From the NCBI GenBank assembly GCA_025603075.1, contig MU626315.1, forward strand, positions 47,840-111,839: a DNA stretch of 64,000 bases, given 5' to 3'. This DNA comes from Neoconidiobolus thromboides FSU 785 (taxonomy: Eukaryota > Fungi > Entomophthoromycota). Positions 13,922 through 26,577 of the stretch are shown in pieces. The notes below the pieces were generated by a model. That model did no database searches and was not told the origin of the DNA. It worked only from the letters and a program-made list of their open reading frames with translations. The position numbers and the translations under genes were made by a program. Position 1 is the first letter of the stretch. Each line of letters starts with the position of its first letter.

Positions 13922-14952
13922 AGTTTGAAAAATTCTTAGACTTGATTTCATACTATCAAATCACCTCAAATAGAAAAGTTGTAACCAAAGGTTGGAAATT
14001 AATAGTTAATGTTAGTATTAAATCTTTGGCTCATTCCTCTTTATATTTCTAAAATCAACTAATAAATATTATTCGTTTAGTTTGAGTTTATGATTTTAAT
14101 AAAATTTAGAATAACGTGATTTCAGATTTACTGCTTAATTAATTGTAATTTATAAAGAAGAGTTTTAGTTTTAACTATTAAGTAAAAACATTCAATATTA
14201 TCTCAAGCTTTCAAGTAAAGTTTTTCAGCTTAAAACAAAAAATCTTAATATAGCTATTAATACAGTCAAAGATGGCTTTTTTATTTTTATTTTTACCTAT
14301 AAATTAATGAGCTAGTTATATTAATATAAAAATATCTGAAAAGGTTTTTAGTTTCTTTTTTCTGTTTTAATTCATAAAAGTAAGAGTGCTTTAATTCTGA
14401 AAAAACCACACTTTATTTTGACATGCCTCATTTTACTTTGACCCTGTTAAAAGATGTATAGAGATGCTACAATACGAGCACGCCTCGTTTATTATTAATT
14501 TGATTAATGACTTTTTCAGCTTATGGCTTCAATAAGCGAAAACATCTTTTAAGTGTTTTTATATATTGAAATAAAGTACAACAGTGGTCCCTTCCTTTAT
14601 TTTGATTTTTTAGCTGCTTTCGATAAATTTTAAACTTTAATTTTCGTATTTACTTTATCCAAAGTTATACTGTAAAATGCTATATACTTCGTTTACTGAT
14701 TATAGAAAGAGGCTAAATGCCACACTTCTTTAGCTATAGATCCTTTACTGCTTTTAGAGATAGCTACTATGTTCAATTGTTAGAGCAAAAATATCAATTA
14801 AATACAAAAATTCCCAATAAAAGGTGATTCAAAATAGTAGCTTAACATTTCATTAATATTATTGCGTTATTCAAAGCTTTATTATTAGTATTAATACAGT
14901 ATCAGTGTAATGAAATTGAAATTAACTCAACTAATATTTATTAATAAAACAA

Positions 14953-16341
14953 TCATAACATATATCTAAAACCTTTAATTCCATCACCCAATGCACCTAA
15001 GTCCTGATCAGTTGATTCAGTAAGTATCAATTTATCATTTTCTTTTTTGAATCTATATTTAAGAATAAAAGCACAAATAATAGAAATCAACATGCAAGCA
15101 ATATTGGCGCCATGAGAATAGTAAAAGTTAGGTGCTTCTTCTAATCTATAAAATTGTCCCGAAATTGCACCACCTACATTACCAAATGAAATGGTAAGAG
15201 CTGAAACGGTAGCTAACTTAGTAGCACCAATGGTATTGCTATTTGACCATGACATTGAAGTAGGTAAAGATGTATTGAGTCCAATCGAGGCAAATAACAA
15301 ACCTACATACTTTACTACGCCTGAATTACCAAAGATTACTATAAACAGTCCAGCTATTGCAACTACTGCCCCAGCTATCATATGTGTTCCTCTATCTCTT
15401 GTACGATCTGAATTCCACCCAACAGTTGGAGTGATAAATAATGCAATCCCATAAGCAGGTACCGTTAATAAAATAGTGGTTAATGGAGAAAAACCAAATT
15501 TACTGATAATAGTTGGAGCTAATAGAGAGAGAGAATAGATGGGAGTATAAATACCAAAATAACAAAGCATATACAAATAAGTATTAAAATCTTTTAAAGC
15601 ATTTATAAGTTGTTGTTTATCTATTTTTGCAGTTTCAACTTCCGAATGTGATTCAAGTAACCTTTGTTTTAATATCTCCTTTTCCCTCTGGGTTAAAAAT
15701 TTGGCATCTTCGACTGTTGATGGCAAAAAGAAATAAACTAACACTCCAAGAAGTACAGTAGGTATTCCTTCAATTATAAATAACCATTGCCAAGCTTTTA
15801 AAGCACCAACATTATGAAGATAAGCCATACCATAAGCAATTAAGCCACCAAAAGCACCAGCCAATGAAGAGGCAGTAAAAAAAATTGAGATGCGTACCCC
15901 TTGCTCATCTCTTACATACCAATTATTTAAATAATAAACAATCCCAGGTAATAAGCCAGCTTCAAAAACACCTAAGAAGAATCTAGCTGCCATTAAGCCA
16001 GAATAATTTGTAACAGCCGAAAAGCACATAGTAATTACACCCCATGTAATCATAATCCTTGCTAACCAAGTGGCTGGTGATGTCTTTTTAAGCATCAAAT
16101 TGGAGGGCAGTTCAAATAATATATAACCAAGGAAAAAGATGGATAAGGCAGAGGAGAATTGACTTGGTGTCAAGTTCAAATCTTTTTCAATTTCGAAAAT
16201 TCGAGTGTAGCCTATATTTACTCTGTCTAAGAAGGAGAATAAATATAATACAGATAAAAATGGTATCAATCGGATATCACATTTCCATAGTATTCTTTTT
16301 ACTTCCTTTTGATCATAAACTAATTTTTTTTGTTCATCCAT
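14953..16341 (-). CDS. MFS transporter, anion:cation symporter (Dal5/Tna1-like) family
   Basis: 462-aa intronless ORF with KCDIRLIPFLSVLYLFSFLDRVNIG, FELPSN, RFFLGVFEAG, WQWLFIIEGIPT motifs and about 12 hydrophobic segments. Confidence 0.93.
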   Translation of the reverse strand: MDEQKKLVYDQKEVKRILWKCDIRLIPFLSVLYLFSFLDRVNIGYTRIFEIEKDLNLTPSQFSSALSIFFLGYILFELPSNLMLKKTSPATWLARIMITWGVITMCFSAVTNYSGLMAARFFLGVFEAGLLPGIVYYLNNWYVRDEQGVRISIFFTASSLAGAFGGLIAYGMAYLHNVGALKAWQWLFIIEGIPTVLLGVLVYFFLPSTVEDAKFLTQREKEILKQRLLESHSEVETAKIDKQQLINALKDFNTYLYMLCYFGIYTPIYSLSLLAPTIISKFGFSPLTTILLTVPAYGIALFITPTVGWNSDRTRDRGTHMIAGAVVAIAGLFIVIFGNSGVVKYVGLLFASIGLNTSLPTSMSWSNSNTIGATKLATVSALTISFGNVGGAISGQFYRLEEAPNFYYSHGANIACMLISIICAFILKYRFKKENDKLILTESTDQDLGALGDGIKGFRYML

Positions 16342-16489
16342 TTTTTTATTATACTTTGACCTTGAAGCTTTCCTTTAACTTTTCTTTTTATACTTTGCTA
16401 TGTCTATCATGCTTTCGTGTTTATTAAACCTAATGACTATGTATAAGCTAATTTTTCTAAATTTTTGATCAGTTACCTTTTTAATTTCC

Positions 16490-17680
16490 TTCTATTCTGA
16501 TAATTTCCTAATTAATACACTGCCATCCATGAACTTAAAAGAAAAATAAATTTAAATTCTAAGAACATGATTAATCATGTTAATTATTTTTCTATTATTG
16601 AAAATTTATAAACTTGAGATAATGAAATTACCATAAAAATATATTTATTTTAAAATAAAAAACTAAACATTATATTAGTAAACTATTTTAGTCTTAAATA
16701 ATAATAACAAAATAGCGAGAATATCGTATATATTATAATTTCTACTAAGTATTTATTATTAATGAATATTAGAAATGTTAATTTTAAATGGCGATATTTA
16801 TAAGGAAATTCCAATAAATCGGTGGAATTAAAGCATAAGAGCATTGAGACTAAATATGAATTTGCTTGTCTGAAAAGCCAAATTAAATTCCAGTTCTACT
16901 TTTATGGTATTAGTTTTCTTATAGTCAATTAAACTATATCAATTTACCTTCACTATTTCTTATGATACAGTAAAGTATGTAAAATAGTTTAAAGCATAAT
17001 TAATCAGAGTGTAATAAAAGAATGCCTTTTTATCAATTTGAAATAAATAATACTACAATGCTCTTTATTAAAAGTAATGACATTTCTGATTTTATATTAT
17101 TTACCTTTTATTCTCATGACTTTATAATGAGTTATCAAGTGTTGTAACTTCTATTTTAATACATGCTGGAAAAATTTATTATATCATAAGAGTAACCTAA
17201 TAGAATTATTAATATTTTATTAAACAAATTTCTAAAAATTATTGTAATTTGTAAGGAATTAATAATTGAATAAAAATAACATATATAATATATCGATAAT
17301 AAGTGCTCAAGGAATCATCTATCAGTTTTATATCATAAACATATAGCCTAACTCGCAGTCAAACAACAAGTAAAACAAAATTAAATGTACGAAAGATATT
17401 ATTTTGTAAGTTCTAAATAAGCGCGCTAACACTCGTAGCTCCAAAAGGAAAATAAATATTAAATTCTAAGAACATGGTGAGTTATATAAACTGCTTTTTA
17501 ATTATCGAACATTTACAAAGCCAAGATAGTTAAGTTACTATGAATATCTAACTACATTTTAGATTAAGGACAAAACGTTGAATTAGTGTGCTATTTTAGT
17601 CTTTAGCAATAATGAAAGAGAACAATGAGAATATTGTATATATTACACTTTAAACTAGATACTTGCTATTAATAATTGTA
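16490..17680 (+). repeat. Diverged ~280-bp direct duplication (about 16490-16770 and 17400-17680)
   Basis: Shared collinear blocks AAATTCTAAGAACATG, CTATTTTAGTCTT, GAGAATAT.GTATATATTA and ACTA..TA.TT..TATTAAT in both places. Confidence 0.7.
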
Positions 17681-17886
17681 AGGAATAAAACTTACTTTTT
17701 CAGATAAATAAATTCTTATTTTAAGTTATAGTAAATCTATGTTTTAATATCACCAAATTATTAGAGTTTTTCTATAAATATGAATGTTTAGAGTATCATT
17801 TGTTTATATCAATCAAAATAAGGTACAAATATAGGGTTTTATTTTTCTTAGTGGTACTAAATAACTTTAAATAAAATTGAATATAT

Positions 17887-17932
17887 GGGGTTGTCTGAAT
17901 TAGTTTCATTATTTTATCCAATTTTTGAAAAA
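17887..17932 (+). mobile_element. Putative terminal inverted repeat of the Sola-like element (related to the MITE end)
   Basis: ATAT|GGGGTTGTCTGAATTAGTTTCATTATTTTATCCAATTTTTGAA aligns with the MITE start GGGGATGTTTTTTTTAGCTTCATTATTTTTTCCATTTTTTAAG; lies ~500 bp downstream of the transposase 3' end. Confidence 0.6.
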
Positions 17933-18382
17933 TTTTGTATTTTAAAAACTTCGCTTAAAATTCCATAAAATCAAATCTTTATTAAAATAAAAGTACCCAG
18001 ACACAGTTCTAAATCATTCTATTATAGTTTATACTGTAAGTTAGTTGAATTTCTACTAGATCTTAAATACATATTCTTATAAAACTTTATTGAGAAATAT
18101 TTATTATCAACTGCTTTATAACCAACATTGTAGATTTGTTATCAAATAAATAAACTATTTTAATGTTGTAATTACATTATTAATATATTGCCAAGTTAAT
18201 AAATAGCTGCATGGGAGGGAGTGGTCAGCCCCAAAACTATAATTAACCATCCCTATATAGTACAAGTAATAATAGTTTTTACATATTATTACAGTTACTT
18301 GTTCTTTGACTATTTATTAACTTAGCTATTAATAACTTAAGTAATAGTAACATTTAACAATCTATTTCTATCATTTAACAAA

Positions 18383-19580
18383 CTACTTAGTAAACATCGA
18401 AATTTTTAAATTCTCTGTTATTTTCGTAAGATAAGCTGGGATTGATCTTTTAATTTTTCTATTTTCTATAGACTCTATAACTCTAATTGGAACTATATTG
18501 CTTTTTTTTGATGTATCAGATACTGGATAACAATGTAGTTTATTGTTACATTTAACAAAATGTAAATACTTTTTAATGCCTTATATTTTTATCATTTTTT
18601 TTGTATTTTTGTTTCTTTCATAGTTTTTAAAAATTATAACTGTTTTTGTATTATTAACAGTTGAGTTATTAATTTTATTATGCTCGCAAATAAAAGCCTC
18701 AAATCTTGAAATTAATTGATTGATATCTTCTATTTTACCTAACGCTTCAAAACTACTTTTCCATTTTGAAAGGTTTCCGAAATGTCCATCAACTATACTT
18801 TTTCCATGATGCTCAACAAAAAAATTAACATCAATATTTAAACTACTATTTATTTTAGAAACTTGTTTAAATATATAATGTAGGAACTCTTGGGATCTAA
18901 AATGGCTTCCTGTATCTGCCCATATATTAATTTTTGTGAACTTTTTAAATAAAAGCTCTGTAGAGATTAAATCGATTAAACAATCTCCTGCATATCCTGA
19001 ATCATGATTTAATATTTCAGATAAATAATCAAAGTAAACTTTACCTATTGTTTTATCATCTTTTAAATATAAAACACCAAAACCTAATGCCGATATAGCT
19101 TGTTTATTATAATGATCTAAATTTATTGAATCTGGTCTTGTTCCTATTTCCATATTTTGTTTAAAATCTAAAATTATTATACAACTTTTATTATTTAATT
19201 TTTTAATAGCTTTATTAAATGTGTTTTTTTAAGTATCAACACAGAATTTATGTAATTTGTATAATTTTTCTTCTTCATTGAAAATTTCTTCTATCTCTGC
19301 TTTGTTTTTTATTGCTGTATTTATTTTCAAATAACTTTTTTCTAACTGTATACTGAGCACATATATTACATAGATCTGTTTTTATTGCTGGATTTTTGAA
19401 ATTACTTGGTATATATTTAAAAAATGTTGACCTAGCTACCACTTTATCTCTTAAATCATTAAAATATTTACTATATATCATTCTTCTACTTTTATTTAAT
19501 ATATATATTATCTGATGAATATTTACTATCATTATTTTTTTTATTAAATCTTGATGAAATAGTTGAATCATTTAGTAAAT
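18383..19580 (-). pseudogene. Decayed Sola-like (Sola2-type) DDD transposase, 5'-truncated
   Basis: Joined frames give STFFKYIP.NFK...TDLCNIC, then H......*...F...I..L...CIIILDFKQN, INIWADTGSHF, FFVEHHGKSIVDGHFG and KI*GIKKYLHF. One frameshift near 19300, in-frame TAA at 19229-19231 and 18581-18583; cut off at 19580 by a MITE. Confidence 0.75.
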
Positions 19581-19680
19581 GGGAGTGTTTTTTTTTGACT
19601 TCATTATTTCTTGCATTTTTTAAGCACTATTTAAGTGGAAAATTTGTTAGTAAAATTCTTAAACACAAAAATACATCCCC
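19581..19680 (+). mobile_element. ~100-bp MITE copy (orientation A); flanks AAAT / ATAT
   Basis: GGGAGTGTTTTTTTTGACTTCATT...AAACACAAAAATACATCCCC; imperfect ~15-bp TIRs. Confidence 0.9.
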
Positions 19681-19684
19681 ATAT

Positions 19685-20540
19685 ACTGTTTGGGACATCA
19701 TAATTTCCAATGGTAATCTTCTACTTTTCAAGGGTAAAACAGCCATTAATGGCCTTTTTATGGTCAAGGACTGTATCATTCCATTTCTAACACCCGTTTA
19801 ATATACTACATTTTACATTTGGTTAAGATTCACCTTTGATTTATTTAGAATCTTTTTAATTTTTAAATTTACCTACCTAAACAAACTTTATCTATGACTA
19901 GTTGAACTATCACACTAAAATATTCATTTATCGTTTTGATAATATCTAAATTAGTAAGAAAATATTCAGATTCATTATCTATAAGTATCCTTTGACTATC
20001 TTAATGTGAATGAAATTATTCCAACTTAATATTTACTTCAAAGCATAGTTGATAATATACAATGGCTTTTGCTTAATATTACTTTTGTAAATTAATGCTT
20101 CATATTTTATCCTTCTTCCACCATCTATCTGTATATCCATTTTTCTACATCGGTATTTTCCTTTGGTTTTATTTTATTTCGACAAATCATTTGTATTATA
20201 CTACTATATTTAATATTTAAATGCTCTGCTTACTTTCTCACTGATTTTCCTTCTTTATTTACCAATTTAGATAAATTCTTTTTGGCTTTGTCGCTTATTA
20301 CACTACACTTTTTTAGGGGGACTTTTTAATTCATTGATTTCTTATATACTTATTCCACCTTCATCCACCATACTTGCTTTTTTTGACTTTGTAATTTTAG
20401 TTAATATCTTTCATCACGAATAATATTCTGAGCAATGCTATATTTAGTAAATAAATGTTATGCTGCTTCCCTTATATTCATTGTCCCTCCACTCATTATC
20501 TTAATCAATTTCTTCATAATTTCTATCTCTTTTAGGAAAT
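19685..20540 (-). pseudogene. Decayed duplicate of the 3' end and downstream flank of the six-HTH gene (matches ~36153..37025)
   Basis: Reverse complement contains ATGAATATAAGGGAAGC, TATTATTCGTGATGAAAGATAT, AAAAAAGCAAG.AT, GTTAGAAATG.AATGATACA.TCCTTGA.CATAAAAA.GCCA and CCTTGAAAAGTAGAA, collinear with 36153-37025; contains stops and indels. Confidence 0.88.
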
Positions 20541-20718
20541 TTTATTTCTTTTTTTGGACCATTATAGAGTTCACTAAAAGTTTCTGCAACAATTTAATAA
20601 CCTTTTAGCTACTTAGTAAGAATTTATAAGTTCTTTTTTTTAAACTATGTAAAACAAATTTCCTTTAATATATAAAATATAGTATATATTTATATGAAGC
20701 TTAGGTCTGGAAATATAT

Positions 20719-20816
20719 GAGGATGTGTTTTTGTATTTAAGAATTTACTAACAATTTTTCTGCTTAAATAGCGCTTAAAAAATGGAGAAAATAATGAAGT
20801 CAAAAAATACACTCTC
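20719..20816 (-). mobile_element. MITE copy (orientation B); ATAT on both sides
   Basis: GAGGATGTGTTTTTGTATTTAAGAATTT...GAAGTCAAAAAATACACTCTC, flanked by ATAT 20715-20718 and 20817-20820. Confidence 0.9.
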
Positions 20817-20954
20817 ATATAATTAAATTATTAATTATTAAAGAATTTTAGTTTAATATTTTAAAAAATATCTGAAACATATTTATAGACAAAAAAGTAA
20901 GGGTTTTTACAAAAGTTTAAAAAAGTAGTGTTTTTTTTAGTCATATTGAAATTT

Positions 20955-21095
20955 AATATATATAAATATAAATATAAATATAAATATAAATATAAATATA
21001 AATATAAATATAAAATAAAAATAATAATAAAATAAAAATAATAATAAAATAAAAATAATAATAAAATAAAAATAATAATAAAATATAATAATAAT
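20955..21095. repeat. AT-only micro/minisatellite: (TATAAA)n followed by a 17-bp AAAATAAAAATAATAAT repeat
   Basis: Directly visible tandem units; they generate the spurious LYLYLY ORF 20861..21124. Confidence 0.85.
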
Positions 21096-22337
21096 AAAAT
21101 GTTTTTGAATTCATTATTATACATTATTTACTACCTTTTAAAAATCAAATAAGTTAATAAAATAACCTTTGAAGCCTTTTTAAAAGTTAATTTTTAAAAA
21201 GATTATTAAACTATATTTTTACATTGTTTTTAGTTATTTTTTAGTTGATATTTCTTTTATCTAATTAAGTCTATTATAAATATAAAAATTATTATTTTTA
21301 AAATTATTCTATTTCAATTAAAAAGATTATAAACAAAATAATGATATTTATATAAATTGAACAAAGAAATCTTGAAATTAATTTATATTTTTAACAATTT
21401 TAAATAATTTGCCAAAGTAATTCAATTATAAAAAACAATTTTATAGCTTATATTTTAACTAAAAAAAAATAGATATTAACTTTATAAGCATAAGACTTTA
21501 TTAACTAAAAAATTGAGTGTTTTAATTTGAACTGTTAAAGTTTTTTTATAAATATCAAAACAATTATATTCTTCTACTTAGTATTTATAATTTTTTATAA
21601 ATAATAAACTCTAGTCATGTTTTTGATTATAAGAGTTTAGGAAAAATTGTTTTAATTATATTAATGTAAGCATAAGTGTTTAAAAAATTAGTTTTTAATA
21701 ATATAAAATTAAAATTAAAAATATATTAACATAAAATAAGATTTAGTTATTTTTTCATTAAGTGTATTGATTAAGATCAAAATTAAAGCTAAGGGTAAGT
21801 TAATGTTAAACTAAAATTAAAAATGACTTATAAAATAGCAATTTGATTTTTTAACCTAGTTAGTATTTTTTTTGAATTTTTATAAGTTTTATTCTTTCAA
21901 ATAAATTTTTTTACTTAATCCTTTTATATTAAGCTATTATTTTTATTAAGCTAATATCAAATAAATAAAGACAATTTATTTCTATAACTAATAAACTTGA
22001 TAAATCTCAATACTAAATAGCCTTAGCAACTTTAACGTTAATAATGCCTATTTTTCTTTATAAAAATCCTTTTTCATCTTCCAGCCATCAAATTAAGGTA
22101 ATAAAACCTAACAAATAAAAGTCTTTTTTGATCCACTAATAACCTTAATAAAATAGTTGGATGGCTTAAATTTCAACTAAACTTAACTAAAGTCTCAGGG
22201 TTTGATTGGTTAATTTTATAATTTTTATACGTATCATCAAGAATAATGAATTTCGAAAATCAAGTAAAACATTAAATTAAAAAAATAACAATTAATATCT
22301 TTTTATTATTATTTATAATAACTTCAAATAAATAAAG

Positions 22338-23844
22338 ATGACTTTTATAAGAGGAAAAAGGCTGGTATCTCAATTAGTAACCAAATCACAAGTAAAAGAT
22401 CCTATACATCATCTTTTTGAAAGCTAATTCTGTACTGTATAGTTCCGTTGTCTTAGTAACACTAAACCAATTTCCATGGCTAGTAGTGGTAGTCCACCCC
22501 CAGCAGAGGGATTTCTTCCTGGTGTAGCACATTCTAAATTTATTAAAAGTAGCCCAGAACAAGCCCTAAAAAATCCAGAATTAAGGGAAGTTGGCATGGA
22601 ATATGGTAAGCAATTCATATTTAAAATAATATCAATAAAATTATAATATTTAATTTTTTTATATTCTATATTTATTAATTTAGCTGAAACTAAAAAAATG
22701 AATTATTTTACTGCATTAAATGATGCTATGGGGATTGCTTTAGCAACGGATGAAACTGCTTGTATTTTTGGTGAAGATGTAGCTTTTGGTGGGGTTTTTA
22801 GATGTACTTCAGGATTAGCTGATAAGTTTGGTAAGTTTTAAAGAAACCAAAACAAGGAGACTTTTATTTTTAATTAATAAAATAAATAGGCAAAGATCGA
22901 GTATTTAATACCCCATTAACTGAACAAGGTATAGCTGGATTTGGTATTGGTATGGCAGCTATGGGCCATACAGCCATTGCTGAAATTCAATTCGGGGATT
23001 ATATTTTCCCAGCTTTTGATCAGGTAATATTAACAAAAAAAAATCAATTATTTAATCCATTCTTATTTTTTTTAAAAAGATCGTTAATGAAGCTGCTAAA
23101 TATCGTTATCGTTCTGGTGGCATATTTAATGTCGGTGGATTAACTATCCGAGCCCCAATATCAGCAGTAGGACATGGAGCTTTATATCATTCCCAATCAC
23201 CTGAATCTTTTTTCCCACATGCAGCTGGCTTGAAAGTAGTCATCCCTAGATCTCCAATTCAAGCTAAAGGTTTATTATTAGCTTCCATTAGAGACCGTAA
23301 TCCGGTTTTATTTTTTGAACCTAAAATTTTATATCGTGCTGCTGGTAACTTAAATTAATATAATGGAATTTATATAATGGAATTTAATACTTTTATTATT
23401 TTAGTCGAGCATGTACCCATTGGAGATTATGAATTACCATTAGGAAAAGCAGAAATATTAAAAGAAGGTAAAGACGTGACTGTATTGGGGTGGGGTAGTC
23501 AAATTTATGCATTAGAAAATGCGATTCAAATGGCAGAAGAAAAACATCCTGGATTAAGCTGTGAATTAATTGATTTAAGAACCATTTTCCCATGGGATGT
23601 AGAAACTATAGTTAAATCAGTCAATAAAACTGGTCGATTGGTAATTGCTCATGAAGCTGCAAAAACTATGGGTTTTGCTACTGAAATTGCTACTACAATT
23701 CAAGAACATTGCTTTCTCCGACTTGAAGCACCAATTCAAAGAGTGACTGGATATGATACTCCATTCCCATTAGCTTTTGAAAAATTTTATGTACCTGATC
23801 TTACCCGTTGTTATGAAGGTATTCGTAAAGTTATTGAATATTAA
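22338..23844 (+). CDS. BCKDHB: Branched-chain 2-oxoacid dehydrogenase E1 beta subunit, multi-exon
   Basis: [91 protein letters not shown]. Confidence 0.97.
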
Positions 23845-23929
23845 CATTATTTTGAAATAAAAGTAATGTTTGAGATTATAATTGAGATAAATAAAATATA
23901 GGATTAATTTTTGTTGAATTTTTAAATTA

Positions 23930-24687
23930 TTAGTTTGTTTTATTGATTGGTAAGGTACTCATTTTAAAAAAATTGGGTAGCATATTCTTTAATAAACCTG
24001 ATCGACGATTGTCATTATTATTATCAGCTAAAAAATTAAATATTAATATTTAATAACAAATAACAATATAAACTTCATCTTACCATTATTTGTAGGTAAC
24101 ATATCACTGGGAGATTGTAAAGCTAAGAAATAAGCAATTGGTACGGACCAAATAATTAAAATAAAAAAAGCGAGAAATTCTAAGTTAGCATTATAAATAT
24201 GTGGTAAATTTAAAAAATAAAAAAACCAAACAAAATGGTTCACTATACATGTTACTATTAATAACACAAACTTAATAGAGGTTGGTGATAATAAAGGAAA
24301 TGAAGTTTGATTGTTAAGGTAAATAAGTTGGCTAATTAAACCAACAATGGTAGGTATCAATGGATATCCATCAAATAAACAGAGGAGGATGTGGAATAAA
24401 ATAATTATCTATATATATATTATAAAATTAAGATGTGTTAATTTATTTTAAAATAATAATTATATACTTACATAGCTTAAATAAACTATAATTTTTTTAC
24501 TTAATAAAGTATATTCTTCTATTAATTCACTTGCTTTAACTACACCACAAGCTAAATAAATCAATAAATTAAAAATATATTCTTTATATTATTATTTTAT
24601 AGTAAATTATTACCAATACAAAATAAAGTTAAAAATAAAATAAGAACTACACCTAATGCTGTTATTATTTCACTTATTATTAACATT
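23930..24687 (-). CDS. TEX261/Svp26 family Golgi-ER membrane protein, multi-exon (exact start uncertain)
   Basis: TALGVVLILFLTLFCI|ACGVVKASELIEEYTLLSKKII, TSFPLLSPTSIKF, CIVNHFVWFFYF, IWSVPIAYFLALQSPSDMLPT are typical of this family. Confidence 0.8.
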
Positions 24688-25140
24688 TTAATTGACTTTT
24701 AGATTGAATTTTAAAATGATAAAATGTTGAGTTTAAAAATTCAAAGAAAAAGTTTTTAAAATGACGTAAAATAGATTTAATCTTAATAATTAGCTGCTTC
24801 TTTTAATAATAATATAAAGAATAGAGAAATGAAAACTAGAAATAAAATAAATTTGAATATTATTATATTAATTTAATTAATTAATTAGAACTAAAAATAT
24901 GTTATAATTAATATAACAACATTAGTTTACCATAATAATTTCCTAACTAATTTAAGTTATGATTTTTTATATTTTTTATAATAACATTATCCTTCAGTTT
25001 AATTTACTTTCAATTAGTCTAGCCAATGATAGTTAGCCAACTATTAAAATTAGGAATAATCTTATGTATAATAATATAAAACATAAATCAAATTAACTTT
25101 TTTCAAAACTCAATATTTTCTAATTTTAAGAAATAAAAAT

Positions 25141-26399
25141 ATGGCCGAACGTGAACTTAAAGATACAATTGTATTGTTTGATGTTGATGGTACTCTTACC
25201 CCATCTAGATTAGTAAGTTCTAAAAAGAAAAAAGAAAAAAAGAAAAATTTAATTAAATCTAATTAATTAGTCAATTGAAAATGATATGCTTGAAACATTA
25301 AGGGCATTAAGAAAGAAAGTAACTATTGGTTTTGTTGGTGGTTCTGATCTTAGTAAACAAGTTGAACAAATTGGAGATGATGGTTAGTAGAAATTTAATC
25401 GAAAATTTACTATTAATATTAATTATTTTATTTTTTAAAATTTAGTTTTATCTTTATTTGATTATTCATTCCCAGAAAATGGTCTTCAATTTTATAGGGG
25501 TAAAGAATTAGTTTCTAGTGCTGTAAGCTTTAATTATTATTGAATTTGAATTTTATAAATAATAATTTATAATTTTAATTCTTTTAGAAATTTATTGAAG
25601 TTATTGGTGAAGAAAAGTATAAAAACTTAGTTAACTTTATCTTAAAATATATTGCTGATTTAGATATTCCAGTTAAAAGGTAACTTTAAATTAGTTTATT
25701 TTATATGTAAACATTATATTAATATATTAAATTTATTAGAGGTACTTTTGTTGAGTTTCGTAATGGTATGATTAATGTATCACCAATTGGTCGTAGTTGT
25801 AGGTAAATTAGTTATTATTAGAATCAAAATAATTGAATATTAATATTAATATTTGTTAATTTAGTCAACAAGAAAGAAAAGCATTTTTTGAACTTGATAA
25901 AGTAAATTTATTATTATTATTATAAATATTAATAATTAATATTAATAACTGATAATAATAGGTACAAAATATTCGTAAAAAAATGGTAGAAGCACTTAAA
26001 GAGAAATTCAGTGATTACAATCTTACTTATTCTATTGGTAAATTATTAATATAATAATCTAGAATAGTTTATTTTAATATTCATTTTATTTATTAAATTA
26101 AATTAATTAGGGGGTGAAATTTCACTTGATATTTTCCCTAAAGGTTGGGATAAAACTTATTGTTTAAATCATGTTAAAGGAGAAGGTTTTAAAACTATTT
26201 ATTTCTTTGGTGATAGAACTGAAATGGTAATTAATAATAATGATAATAATAATAAATTAATTAATATATAATAAATTAATTAATATATAATTAGGGAGGA
26301 AATGATTATGAAATTTATAGTCACCCAGAAGTTATTGGGCAAACAGTCAAAAATCCAAATGATACTATTAATCATCTTAGAAAATTATTTCTCAGTTAA
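25141..26399 (+). CDS. SEC53: Eukaryotic phosphomannomutase (HAD IIB), many short exons
   Basis: [84 protein letters not shown]; TAA 26397-26399. Absent from the ORF track because exons are short. Confidence 0.97.
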
Positions 26400-26577
26400 A
26401 TTTTAAATAAATAAAAATTTAAGGTTTATGAATTATATTTTAGTTAAATATTATAAAAAATAATCATTATTATTTCTATTAAAGATTAAAGATTGAAGAT
26501 TTATTTAGCCTATGTTTTATTTTATATTTTATTTTATATTTTATTTTATTTTATTTTGTAAAAATAATACAAAATAC

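Noticed and set aside
18581-19231. RIP-like mutation (CAA to TAA) in the transposase relic
   Set aside because: Only one or two informative sites and no intact copy to compare; cannot be supported.
19595-19801. ORFs 19595..19801, 42709..42915 and 60764..61024
   Set aside because: They read through MITE sequence (shared KHYLSGKFV..ILKHKNTSP or its antisense) and are repeat artefacts.
17883-20820. One 2.9-kb element bounded by ATAT...ATAT
   Set aside because: ATAT is the commonest target and the right MITE has its own ATAT pair, so the outer match is not evidence of a single insertion.
20861-21124. 87-aa hydrophobic ORF
   Set aside because: Translation of an AT-only microsatellite.
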